A stretch of 61,334 bases of DNA from a bacterium (GTDB taxonomy: Bacteria; Bacillota; Clostridia; Christensenellales; SUG1161): assembly GCA_029006015.1 (NCBI GenBank), contig JAQXFY010000003.1:1-61334 (forward strand), in the 5' to 3' direction. The position numbers were made by a program, and so were the translations under genes. The stretch's first letter is position 1. Each line of letters begins with the position of its first letter. The notes below the pieces were generated by a model that ran no database searches, was not told the origin of the DNA, and saw only the letters and a list, made by a program, of their open reading frames with translations. Shown piece by piece: positions 54,081-61,334 of the stretch.

Positions 54081-55523
54081 TTATTTCCGCCTGTTTGCAG
54101 GCCGTTTGCGGCGCGCATCGATAACCGGGTTGACATTGCTGCGTACCTGCATGCGCTTGGCCTGCATGGCCCGCCGCCTGCGCTTGCGGTGCGCCACATA
54201 AATCAGCCGCCAGATCATCAACGCCACAATGCATACCACCACCATGATGGCCACCCATTGCAATGGGCTAAAAGGCCACAGGGGCACCGTCAGCTTTTGT
54301 TCAAAATCCAGCATGGGCAATAAAATGCCCTTTTTTTCGCCGACCGAGCGCGTGGCAACCAGCGAGCCCGATAACAGCTCCTGCCCATCCAGCAGCGCCT
54401 TAAAATCCGCCACTTTTTGCCCTTCCTCGATAGGGGCGCGGATATCCGACAGATCGGGGGTGCAGGCCAGCTCAATGCTGTCCAGGTTATCCACAAGGTT
54501 TTGGATGATATCGGTTCTGTCCGTCAGATAAGCGCTGGACTGCGCCCGAAACTCCAGCTGCAACAGGCCGCCCAGCAAATCGTCATTGGCCGCATTGGGC
54601 ACCTGCACGGTAACCGGGCGGCGGGTAATCTCTTCCATGATGTTAATGGTGCGGTAGTTATTAAAGCCGTATTCAAACAAAGTGGTGGCCGTTGCCCATT
54701 TGGTAGCCTGCACATCCTTGAGCAAAACAGCCAGCAGATCCATGCCATCTTTTTGGGCGGAAGCCACCAGGCAGCCGCCCGCCGGCGTGGTGTAGCCGGT
54801 TTTAATGCCGGTGCAGGGTTCGTAATAATAGCGGTTGCCCTCGGTTCCGCGCAGCAGGTGGTTGGTGGTGATCAGCGTGCGCGCCGCGCTGAGGTTGGTA
54901 GCCGGGATGGTGTGCTTTGCCGTTTTGACAATGGTGCAAAACAGCTCAAATTGCTGAAGCTGTTGGGCCAGCTTGGCCATATCGCGCGCGGTGGTGTAAT
55001 GCTCATCATCATGCAGGCCATGGGCATTGACATAATGCGTGCCATCCATGCCCAGCTCCTTGGCGCGCTGGTTCATCATATCGATAAAGGCAGGCACGCT
55101 GCCGGCAACATAAACGGCAATGGCATTGGCACAATCGTTGCCGGAGGATACCAGCAATCCATACAAAAGCTCCTCCATGCTCAGCACCTCGCCCGGCTGA
55201 AGGGCAATTTTGGTGCTGTCCGCGGAGATATCCAGGCAGGCTTTATCGGCCGTGACCATATCCAGGGGGCTGGTCAGCTCCAGCGCAAGCAGCGCCGTCA
55301 TCAATTTCGTGGTCGAGGCCGGATAACGCTTGGCATCGGCATCTTTTTCAAAAAGCACATCGCCTGTGTGGTTATCGATCAAAATGCACGATTGGCATTC
55401 CAGCTTATCGGCATCCAACTGGCCGCCCTGCGAAGCCTTGACGGGCCACGCCGAGGCCCATAATACAACAAAGGCGGCGATCAATGCGCCGGCCCACGCG
55501 GTCAACCTGCGCAGCGTACCCAC
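54081..55523 (-). CDS. D-alanyl-D-alanine carboxypeptidase (peptidase S11, low-molecular-weight PBP) with a C-terminal membrane anchor
   Basis: SxxK ASTTK, SxN SGND, KTG KTGYT. C-terminal TM helix WVAIMVVVCIVALMIW and a basic tail. GTG start at 55523; the start is slightly uncertain. Confidence 0.88.
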   Translation of the reverse strand: MGTLRRLTAWAGALIAAFVVLWASAWPVKASQGGQLDADKLECQSCILIDNHTGDVLFEKDADAKRYPASTTKLMTALLALELTSPLDMVTADKACLDISADSTKIALQPGEVLSMEELLYGLLVSSGNDCANAIAVYVAGSVPAFIDMMNQRAKELGMDGTHYVNAHGLHDDEHYTTARDMAKLAQQLQQFELFCTIVKTAKHTIPATNLSAARTLITTNHLLRGTEGNRYYYEPCTGIKTGYTTPAGGCLVASAQKDGMDLLAVLLKDVQATKWATATTLFEYGFNNYRTINIMEEITRRPVTVQVPNAANDDLLGGLLQLEFRAQSSAYLTDRTDIIQNLVDNLDSIELACTPDLSDIRAPIEEGQKVADFKALLDGQELLSGSLVATRSVGEKKGILLPMLDFEQKLTVPLWPFSPLQWVAIMVVVCIVALMIWRLIYVAHRKRRRRAMQAKRMQVRSNVNPVIDARRKRPANRRK

Positions 55524-55549
55524 CCCCCAATCACTTATTTATCCTGCGT

Positions 55550-55578
55550 AGTATACCAAATTTTTCATGCCCCTACAA
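55550..55578 (-). promoter_or_regulatory. Sigma-A-like promoter of the carboxypeptidase gene
   Basis: Minus strand TTGTAG (55573-55578), 17 nt spacer, TATACT (55550-55555). Confidence 0.5.
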
Positions 55579-56029
55579 CTAAAAAAGCAGGATATACGCC
55601 TGTGTACATGCCTTGATGCCGCATCCTTCCTTTTGCCGGCACCATTTTAACCGGCGATGCCCTAATGCCCCCAAAAGGATGGGCTCTTCCGGCTGGGTAT
55701 AAAGGCTGTCATGCGGGCAAACGCCCCCCGCCATCATTCTTCCCATAAAAGGGCACAGCATCAAGCCCGCGCACAGCGTGTAAACCCGGGCAGGCAAGCC
55801 ACGCATGCTTCTTTTATACCGCAGCCGCCTTTCGCCGGACGATAGCCCCCCAAACGGCACCGGCAAAGGTGCGCCGTCTGCAACGCGCCCCGGCCGCACC
55901 CACGCCCCGGGAAGGCCGCCATCCCTCCCGGGCAACATGTTTGTTTTTCCTCCGGCCAACCCGGGTAAAATTTGCGGCATGCGGCTTAATTCCCATTTCC
56001 CCGCTTTTCCCCCTGCATGCGCCAGGGAT

Positions 56030-56061
56030 AAAAAAGGCGGCAGGCCAACCGGCCTGCCGCC
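56030..56061 (-). terminator. Intrinsic terminator after the aldo/keto reductase gene
   Basis: GGCGGCAGGCC-aacc-GGCCTGCCGCC, followed by TTTTTT on the minus strand. Confidence 0.8.
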
Positions 56062-56080
56062 CTCCCGTTTGCCGTGCCGC

Positions 56081-57217
56081 CTATTCGGCCGCCATTTTGG
56101 CAAATTCCTTGAGTTTTTCGATGATGGCAATTTCCTGCGGGCATACCTGCTGGCATTTGCCGCAGGCGATGCACTTATCCGGCCCGTTGCCGGCTTCCAC
56201 CTTATCTTCATATTCCCATTTGTTGCCGCCCCAGCCGCCAAATTTGGCCACATCGTTCCACAGGGCAAAATTGCCCGGGATATCGACGCCCTGCGGGCAG
56301 GGCATGCAATAACGGCAGCCCGTGCAGGGCACGGCAATCCGCTTTTCAAAAGCTTCCCGCACGTTGGCGACCAGATCCAACTCCTGCTGGGACATGATGC
56401 CGGAATCCAGCTTATCGAAGATGCGGATGTTATCCTCCAGCTGCGCCATGTTGCTGACGCCGCTTAGCACCACCGCCACCTCCGGGAAGTTGACCAGCCA
56501 GCGGAACGCCCATTCCACGACGGAGCGCTTGACGGGATAGGAAGCAAACATCTGCTCAATTTGCGGCGGTACGGAAGCCAGGCGCCCGCCCAGCAGGCCT
56601 TCCATAACCACAATGGGCACGCCCTTTTGCCCGGCATAATGCAGCCCCTTGATACCGGCCTGGTTGTTGATATCCATGTAGTTGAACTGAATCTGGGCCA
56701 GGTTCCAATCATACGCATCGATTACGCGGGGGAAATCCTCCTCGCTGCCGTGGTAGGAAAAGCCCGCATAGCGGATGCGGCCATCGGCCTTGGCGCGGTC
56801 TAAAAATTCCAGCACGCCCAACTCCACCAGGGTATCAAACGCCGGGCCGTTGAGGGAGTGCAGCAAATAGAAATCCAAATGATCGGTGCGCAGCTTTTGC
56901 AGCTGCTCATTCAGGATGCGGTCCATATCCTCGCGCACCTTGACGTTCCAGCGCGGCAGTTTGGTGGTTAAATACACCTTGTCGCGCCATCCGCCCTCCA
57001 GCGCCTTGCCAACGGCAATCTCGCTCAGGCCGCCATGATAGCCGTAGGCGGTATCGAAGTAGTTGACGCCCTGCTCGATGGCGTGGTGGATCATACGGGC
57101 GGTTTCGGCCTCATCGGGCACGGTCTTGCCATTTACCTTTGTGGTGGGCAGGCGCATGCAGCCCATGCCAAAGGGGGAAATATTTTCCGGAATCTTGCCA
57201 AAAGGGCGATGCAGCAT
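56081..57217 (-). CDS. Aldo/keto reductase with a C-terminal 4Fe-4S ferredoxin-type domain
   Basis: Start reset to ATG 57217 (GGAGG 8 nt upstream). GMGCMRLP, NYFDTAYGYHGG, and C-terminal CTGCRYCMPCP and CIACGKCQQVCP. Confidence 0.88.
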   Translation of the reverse strand: MLHRPFGKIPENISPFGMGCMRLPTTKVNGKTVPDEAETARMIHHAIEQGVNYFDTAYGYHGGLSEIAVGKALEGGWRDKVYLTTKLPRWNVKVREDMDRILNEQLQKLRTDHLDFYLLHSLNGPAFDTLVELGVLEFLDRAKADGRIRYAGFSYHGSEEDFPRVIDAYDWNLAQIQFNYMDINNQAGIKGLHYAGQKGVPIVVMEGLLGGRLASVPPQIEQMFASYPVKRSVVEWAFRWLVNFPEVAVVLSGVSNMAQLEDNIRIFDKLDSGIMSQQELDLVANVREAFEKRIAVPCTGCRYCMPCPQGVDIPGNFALWNDVAKFGGWGGNKWEYEDKVEAGNGPDKCIACGKCQQVCPQEIAIIEKLKEFAKMAAE

Positions 57218-57235
57218 AGCATTTTCCTCCATCCA

Positions 57236-58591
57236 TTATTGGTTTTCGGCCACGGTGATGGTCGACAGCGGGTACCAGCCATCGGCGGTTTTGCCCTCGA
57301 TAGCCAGGGAAACAAAGGGCTTATCGCTCCATTCATTCAAAACGCCAAGCTCCAGCATGTATTCGCCCGCGGGCACATCCTGGGGCACCTGGACGCTGCC
57401 TTTTAAGATGGCATCGCCCGGCAGTACACGGCGCAAATCCTCATCCGTTTTCAGGATGGCGGCAAAATGATCATTCTTCAGGCGCAGGGCCAGCGGATAG
57501 CGGTGATACACCGGCGCTACCCCCAGGTTGGACCACCAGGAGAAATATTCCAGCTGCCCGCCGGGTGTTACCTCGGAGGAATAGCTGAATTTGCGCGGCG
57601 CCAGGCGGTAACCCATTTTCTTTAGCCAGTAATCCACCTTATCCTGCCACTCCGGCGGCACGCGGGAGGATTTGGAGTTAAAGTTGTTGATATGCCACCT
57701 GAGCGATTGCTCGATAATATAATCGATATCCCAGCCCATGTTCAGCCAGTGCTGCATAACCCAGCATACCTCCAGGCTGACGGGGCCGGTTTTCCAGGCA
57801 TCCTCCAACCCGCATTCGATGACATCCACCGGGTACAGATCCAGCATATGGCACCAACGCCCGGGCTCCGTGCTGCCGCGCATATCGCCCAGGCAGTCAA
57901 CGCGCCAGCCCAGGTGATCGCACTTTTCAAGGCCATAGCCCACCGTTTTGGGATCGGTCATCTGGATGACCATCAGCGTTTTCTTAAAGCCATCCAGGTA
58001 TGGATCCATCAACGCTTCGCGCGTTTGCTGGGACACCAGGTTGCTGCCCTCGCCCTCGCCCCAGAAGCCGATGATGGAAATATCCACGCACTCCAGATCC
58101 GGGTGGCCGTCATAGCGCGCCGCCAGGGCACGGATAAAGCGGCCAAAGCAATCGATGTAGCACGGGTCCTCATGATCGACGCGCCAGTAGCTGTGCACGC
58201 TGTCCGGCCGGGGGCCTACCTTGGCGCGGAACCAATCGGGCACATCATCCTGCGGGCCGCCGTTGCCATAGGGCGCGATGCGCAGGTACATGGTCTGCCC
58301 GCGCATGCGGCTGTAATACAGCGCCTTGTCGATCAGATCCCAGCGGTACTGGCCTTCCTCCGGCTCCATAAAGCGCCAGTAGATGCGGAAATAGCTCAGG
58401 CTGCACAGCGGATGCTCCGGCGTGATCAGCGTGCCGCGGTCGCGCTGGTACTCGATGGGATAGCCTTCCGTCCACCGGGTGCCTTCATTTAAAAGGTCCC
58501 CATTGAACCGCTGGAAGGTCTTAAAGCCCATACCGGGGTTGACCAGCACCTCATGGATTTCCTTGAGGTAGACATTCTTCATGGCAATCAT
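57236..58591 (-). CDS. Glycoside-hydrolase-like TIM-barrel protein (DUF4874/DUF4832-like), cytoplasmic
   Basis: Start reset to ATG 58591 (AAGGGGGAG 6 nt upstream). YFRIYWRFMEPEEGQYRWDLIDKAL and IGFWGEGEG resemble GH clan-A motifs. The family call is tentative. Confidence 0.65.
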   Translation of the reverse strand: MIAMKNVYLKEIHEVLVNPGMGFKTFQRFNGDLLNEGTRWTEGYPIEYQRDRGTLITPEHPLCSLSYFRIYWRFMEPEEGQYRWDLIDKALYYSRMRGQTMYLRIAPYGNGGPQDDVPDWFRAKVGPRPDSVHSYWRVDHEDPCYIDCFGRFIRALAARYDGHPDLECVDISIIGFWGEGEGSNLVSQQTREALMDPYLDGFKKTLMVIQMTDPKTVGYGLEKCDHLGWRVDCLGDMRGSTEPGRWCHMLDLYPVDVIECGLEDAWKTGPVSLEVCWVMQHWLNMGWDIDYIIEQSLRWHINNFNSKSSRVPPEWQDKVDYWLKKMGYRLAPRKFSYSSEVTPGGQLEYFSWWSNLGVAPVYHRYPLALRLKNDHFAAILKTDEDLRRVLPGDAILKGSVQVPQDVPAGEYMLELGVLNEWSDKPFVSLAIEGKTADGWYPLSTITVAENQ

Positions 58592-58646
58592 GTGTTGCTC
58601 CCCCTTTTTTGGTCTATATGGTAGCGGCAAACGCCGCAAAGCCCCT

Positions 58647-59915
58647 TTACCCAATGCCGAACAGGCGGGCGGGATTATCCTGAAGCCAGGCGGTGGCCAC
58701 CTCCAGCGCCCAGTCCTCCCCCTCGCCGCTGTCGTCCATGGCCAGACAAAGCGCGCGGGCGATATTTTCCCGTGCCAGGGACGCATGGCCTACGATGCCA
58801 TCGATAAAAAAGCTGTCCCCACCAAAGCCGGAAATTTTGTTGTACGGCACGCTGGACAGCCATTCGCGCATGGCCCAGCGCGCCATAACGGGCGACAGGC
58901 TGTTGGCCCAGCATAAATCCAGATAAACATTGGGATAACCCTTGGCCAGCGCCGACAGCGGCTGCCAGTTGGGATAATTGATGTGAAAAATATCAAACCG
59001 GATACCGGTATAGGTATTAAGAAGCGGAATCAGGCGGGTAGCATCGGCATTTGTAAAATCCGCCCCGTTGGATTCCAAAATGCCCGTGTGCACCTGAAGC
59101 GTCAAGCCGGTCTGCTCCACCACACGCAGGGCTTCGTGCAACAGGTAATCCTGCAGCTGCGGTGTTACCTGAAGTTCAAAATCCCAGCCCGGGGAAACCC
59201 GCAGGCGAAGGGCATCCAGATAATCCTGCTGGGCCCGATATGCCGGCACAAAATCAAAGGTCAGCGGGCGGAAATAAGCCGTAGCCAGCTTATAACCGGC
59301 AAATCCATCTTCCGCGGCACCCAGCAGCGCCGCGCGCATGGCGCGCACATAATCTTCCAGCGTATACAGGCGCACGCCCTGCGTTTTTTCCACCCGGTCC
59401 ATCCAGGCGCTGGTGGGCATCACCCATTCATCCAGCCGGTATACCGGCACAAAAAGCGTGCGGTCGTACCAATCCCCCGGCCCATAGCCGACATGGGAAT
59501 CCAGCACGCAGCGGGAAACGCCCGCCATTTTGGCGACGCGGGCATAATGCCCCTCCCCCCTGGCGTTATCATGCGCCCGGCTGAGGGCCTCGATGGTATC
59601 GGGCGAAAAATCCATACCATAAAGCGCCAATGCCGTTCGGGATAGTGCCCGGCCATAGCCGGTATGCCGCGCCACACGCCAATACGGCCACAGCGCCATA
59701 AAACGCGCCCGGATATCCCCGCCCGGCCGGCGTGCCGCCTCCAATGCCGCCTGAGGGCAGCCGGCTGCGCATAAATCCTTATCAAAATAACACAGCAGGT
59801 ATTCGCTTAAAATATCATGTGCGCTATCGCGCAGGCTATCGCGCGCGGGCATATGCTCGTGCGTATCGATGGCCGGTATGGCCGCCATTTTATCCAACAG
59901 GTTTTGCCATTGCAT
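58647..59915 (-). CDS. Amidohydrolase-superfamily protein (glucuronate-isomerase-like)
   Basis: N-terminal IDTHEHMP (HxH motif), VHTGILE, DIFHINYP. 422 aa. Confidence 0.72.
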   Translation of the reverse strand: MQWQNLLDKMAAIPAIDTHEHMPARDSLRDSAHDILSEYLLCYFDKDLCAAGCPQAALEAARRPGGDIRARFMALWPYWRVARHTGYGRALSRTALALYGMDFSPDTIEALSRAHDNARGEGHYARVAKMAGVSRCVLDSHVGYGPGDWYDRTLFVPVYRLDEWVMPTSAWMDRVEKTQGVRLYTLEDYVRAMRAALLGAAEDGFAGYKLATAYFRPLTFDFVPAYRAQQDYLDALRLRVSPGWDFELQVTPQLQDYLLHEALRVVEQTGLTLQVHTGILESNGADFTNADATRLIPLLNTYTGIRFDIFHINYPNWQPLSALAKGYPNVYLDLCWANSLSPVMARWAMREWLSSVPYNKISGFGGDSFFIDGIVGHASLARENIARALCLAMDDSGEGEDWALEVATAWLQDNPARLFGIG

Positions 59916-59938
59916 ACGATCCGCCCCTTTTGGATTTT

Positions 59939-60625
59939 TTATTGCGGGTGGGTAACAGTTCCATCGCCGGTAAGATCGATGGCATCCCCCAGATAGGCCG
60001 GCAGGGGTTTAAAGATGCCCGCTACCGCAAAATCCTTACACCTGGCCGGAATCTCCCGCAGGTAATTGTACGCCACCCCTGCATAGGTATGGCTGTCCGC
60101 CGCCATGCCATAGGCCTCTATCCCCAGCGCACGCAGGTCAAAGATGGCGCGGTTTAGATGGAAATCCTGCGTTACCACAATCACCTTTTTGGCCCCGAAC
60201 ACATCCCGGGCGCGCCGTGCGCTTTGGTAGGTATTAAAGCCCGCATAATCCAGGAAAATATCCTCATCCGGTATGCCGCAGGCCTGCAGGCAGCGCAGCA
60301 TGCTGACAGGCTCGTTATAGCCCTTGCGGCCGTTATCGCCGCTGACCAGTATCTTGGGGGCTGCGCCAGCCTGATATAAAGCCTGGCCGGCCGCCAGACG
60401 ATCCGCCAGCATATCCGATGGGGTACCATCCTCATACACGCGGCAGCCAAGCACCAGGATGCAATCCGCATCCAGCCCCGCTGCGGTTGTTATATCGGTT
60501 CGGTATTTTCTGCCCATACCGGCCATCCAGGCGTTGGCAATAAGCACATACAGCCCAATCACCAGCACAAATACCAGCACGGCGATCCATCCTTTTTTGG
60601 CTTTGGCTCCCAATTTTAAAAGCAC
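59939..60625 (-). CDS. SanA/YdcF (DUF218) family protein
   Basis: GTG start 5 nt after AGGAGG. N-terminal TM helix, then DCILVLGCRVYEDGTPSDMLADRL...ILVSGDNG...VIVVTQDFHLNRA. Confidence 0.82.
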   Translation of the reverse strand: MLLKLGAKAKKGWIAVLVFVLVIGLYVLIANAWMAGMGRKYRTDITTAAGLDADCILVLGCRVYEDGTPSDMLADRLAAGQALYQAGAAPKILVSGDNGRKGYNEPVSMLRCLQACGIPDEDIFLDYAGFNTYQSARRARDVFGAKKVIVVTQDFHLNRAIFDLRALGIEAYGMAADSHTYAGVAYNYLREIPARCKDFAVAGIFKPLPAYLGDAIDLTGDGTVTHPQ

Positions 60626-60667
60626 AAATTCCTCCTAAACGCGATCCCGGGGCGCTGCCCCGCAAGG

Positions 60668-61334
60668 TTACGGTTGTGCATCCATCCCGTTGGATTGCTG
60701 GGGATTATCCGGCGTAGCCGGGTTGATGGCAGTCTGATCCGTCTGCTCGGGCGCCGGCGTATTTTCCGGGGCCGGCGTTTCTTCCGGGGCCGGGGTGTCT
60801 ACAGGCGCCGGGGTATCTTCCGGCGTTGGCTCCGGCGTCGGCACAGGGGTATCCGCAGGCGTCGGCGTGGGCGAAGGCGTTTGCGTGGGGCTGGCGGATG
60901 GTGTCGGCGTCGGTTTGGCCGTCGGTGCAGGCGTTTTTACGGTGACCGGCGGTTTGGTCGGCGTCGGCGTAATAACCGGTTTGGGCGTAGAGGTGGGCAT
61001 AACGCCGGTAAACAGCTCATCCGTCGGATCCATGGCGCTGTTTAATTCCAGCTCATCGGGCTTAACGATCTGGTTTAACTGCTGGTTTTCCTCATCATCC
61101 AGCACCTGGCACACGGTACCGTTTTGCAGGTTATCATACACCCACTTGGCATCCTCCATGCGCAGGCGAAGGCCGGGCTGGGCCATGGGGCTGCCCAGTT
61201 CATTATAGCTTAGGGCATGCAGGGCATAGGATGTGGGGGAGCTGTATAAACAGCCGCTGATCCAAAATTCCTTCTGGCCCAGCACCTGGGTGGCAAAGGG
61301 CGTCCAATCCCCGTTATCCAGGGATTTCCAGTTA
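60668..61334 (-). CDS. L,D-transpeptidase-like (YkuD-related) protein with a Pro/Thr-rich C-terminal tail; N-terminus outside the window
   Basis: The frame is open to the right window edge (...NWKSLDNGDWTPFATQVLGQKEFWISGC...). RLRMEDAKWVYDNLQNGTVCQV resembles the YkuD C-terminal motif. The tail is a TPxP repeat. Confidence 0.6.
   Translation of the reverse strand, partial: NWKSLDNGDWTPFATQVLGQKEFWISGCLYSSPTSYALHALSYNELGSPMAQPGLRLRMEDAKWVYDNLQNGTVCQVLDDEENQQLNQIVKPDELELNSAMDPTDELFTGVMPTSTPKPVITPTPTKPPVTVKTPAPTAKPTPTPSASPTQTPSPTPTPADTPVPTPEPTPEDTPAPVDTPAPEETPAPENTPAPEQTDQTAINPATPDNPQQSNGMDAQP

Noticed and set aside
55579-56349. 256-aa minus-strand ORF
   Set aside because: Its upstream half overlaps the well-supported aldo/keto reductase gene in another frame and runs through that gene's terminator. 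Only the distal 119 codons are discussed, as a finding, and even those look non-coding by codon usage.
60668-61334. Possible loss of the catalytic Cys in the L,D-transpeptidase-like protein (GLRLRMEDA where the SxGC(I/V)R motif is expected)
   Set aside because: The catalytic domain is truncated by the window edge and my alignment by eye is ambiguous (an SGC tripeptide lies 30 residues upstream). I cannot support the claim.

Overview
A 61.3 kb chromosomal segment that is high in GC (about 60% by eye). It most likely comes from a spore-forming Bacillota (Clostridia-like) organism. Supporting evidence: GGAGG-type ribosome binding sites, a ctsR-mcsA-mcsB-clpC operon with a CtsR box, a YhcN/YlaJ sporulation lipoprotein, a DUF3794+LysM coat-type protein, and an obg / yhbY / nadD-yqeK-rsfS housekeeping cluster. 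I call about 62 protein genes, 2 tRNAs (initiator-type Met-CAU and Ala-CGC), 2 decayed pseudogenes, and a set of intrinsic terminators and promoter-like sites. I saw no CRISPR array, rRNA, transposase, integrase or prophage genes. Many ORF-track starts are over-extended, so I re-set them to the first start codon with a good Shine-Dalgarno sequence. The long ORFs antisense to real genes are GC-driven artefacts. The coding content is housekeeping genes mixed with several regulator-less and transporter-less carbohydrate clusters: ThuA/Gfo; UxuA/UxuB with two TIM-barrel isomerases; aldolase/amidohydrolase; and amidohydrolase/GH-like/aldo-keto reductase. The most interesting observations are: (1) a two-gene module present twice, 43 kb apart, in which an intact paralogous lipoprotein gene is preceded each time by a degraded small ORF. 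In one copy that ORF still reads as a snapalysin-like HELGHVLGMDD mini-metzincin, and both copies sit in spacers that look empty in the ORF track. (2) A translationally coupled PD-(D/E)XK-like / SNF2 ATPase pair fused into one operon with ybaK and tadA. (3) An unclassified leader with two terminator hairpins ahead of a TM1266-type small regulator and an orphan ECF S-component. (4) An orphan beta-class DNA methyltransferase inside a sugar operon. (5) Mirrored heptad-repeat arrays next to tRNA-fMet. All family assignments are from motif recognition by eye and need HMM or BLAST confirmation.
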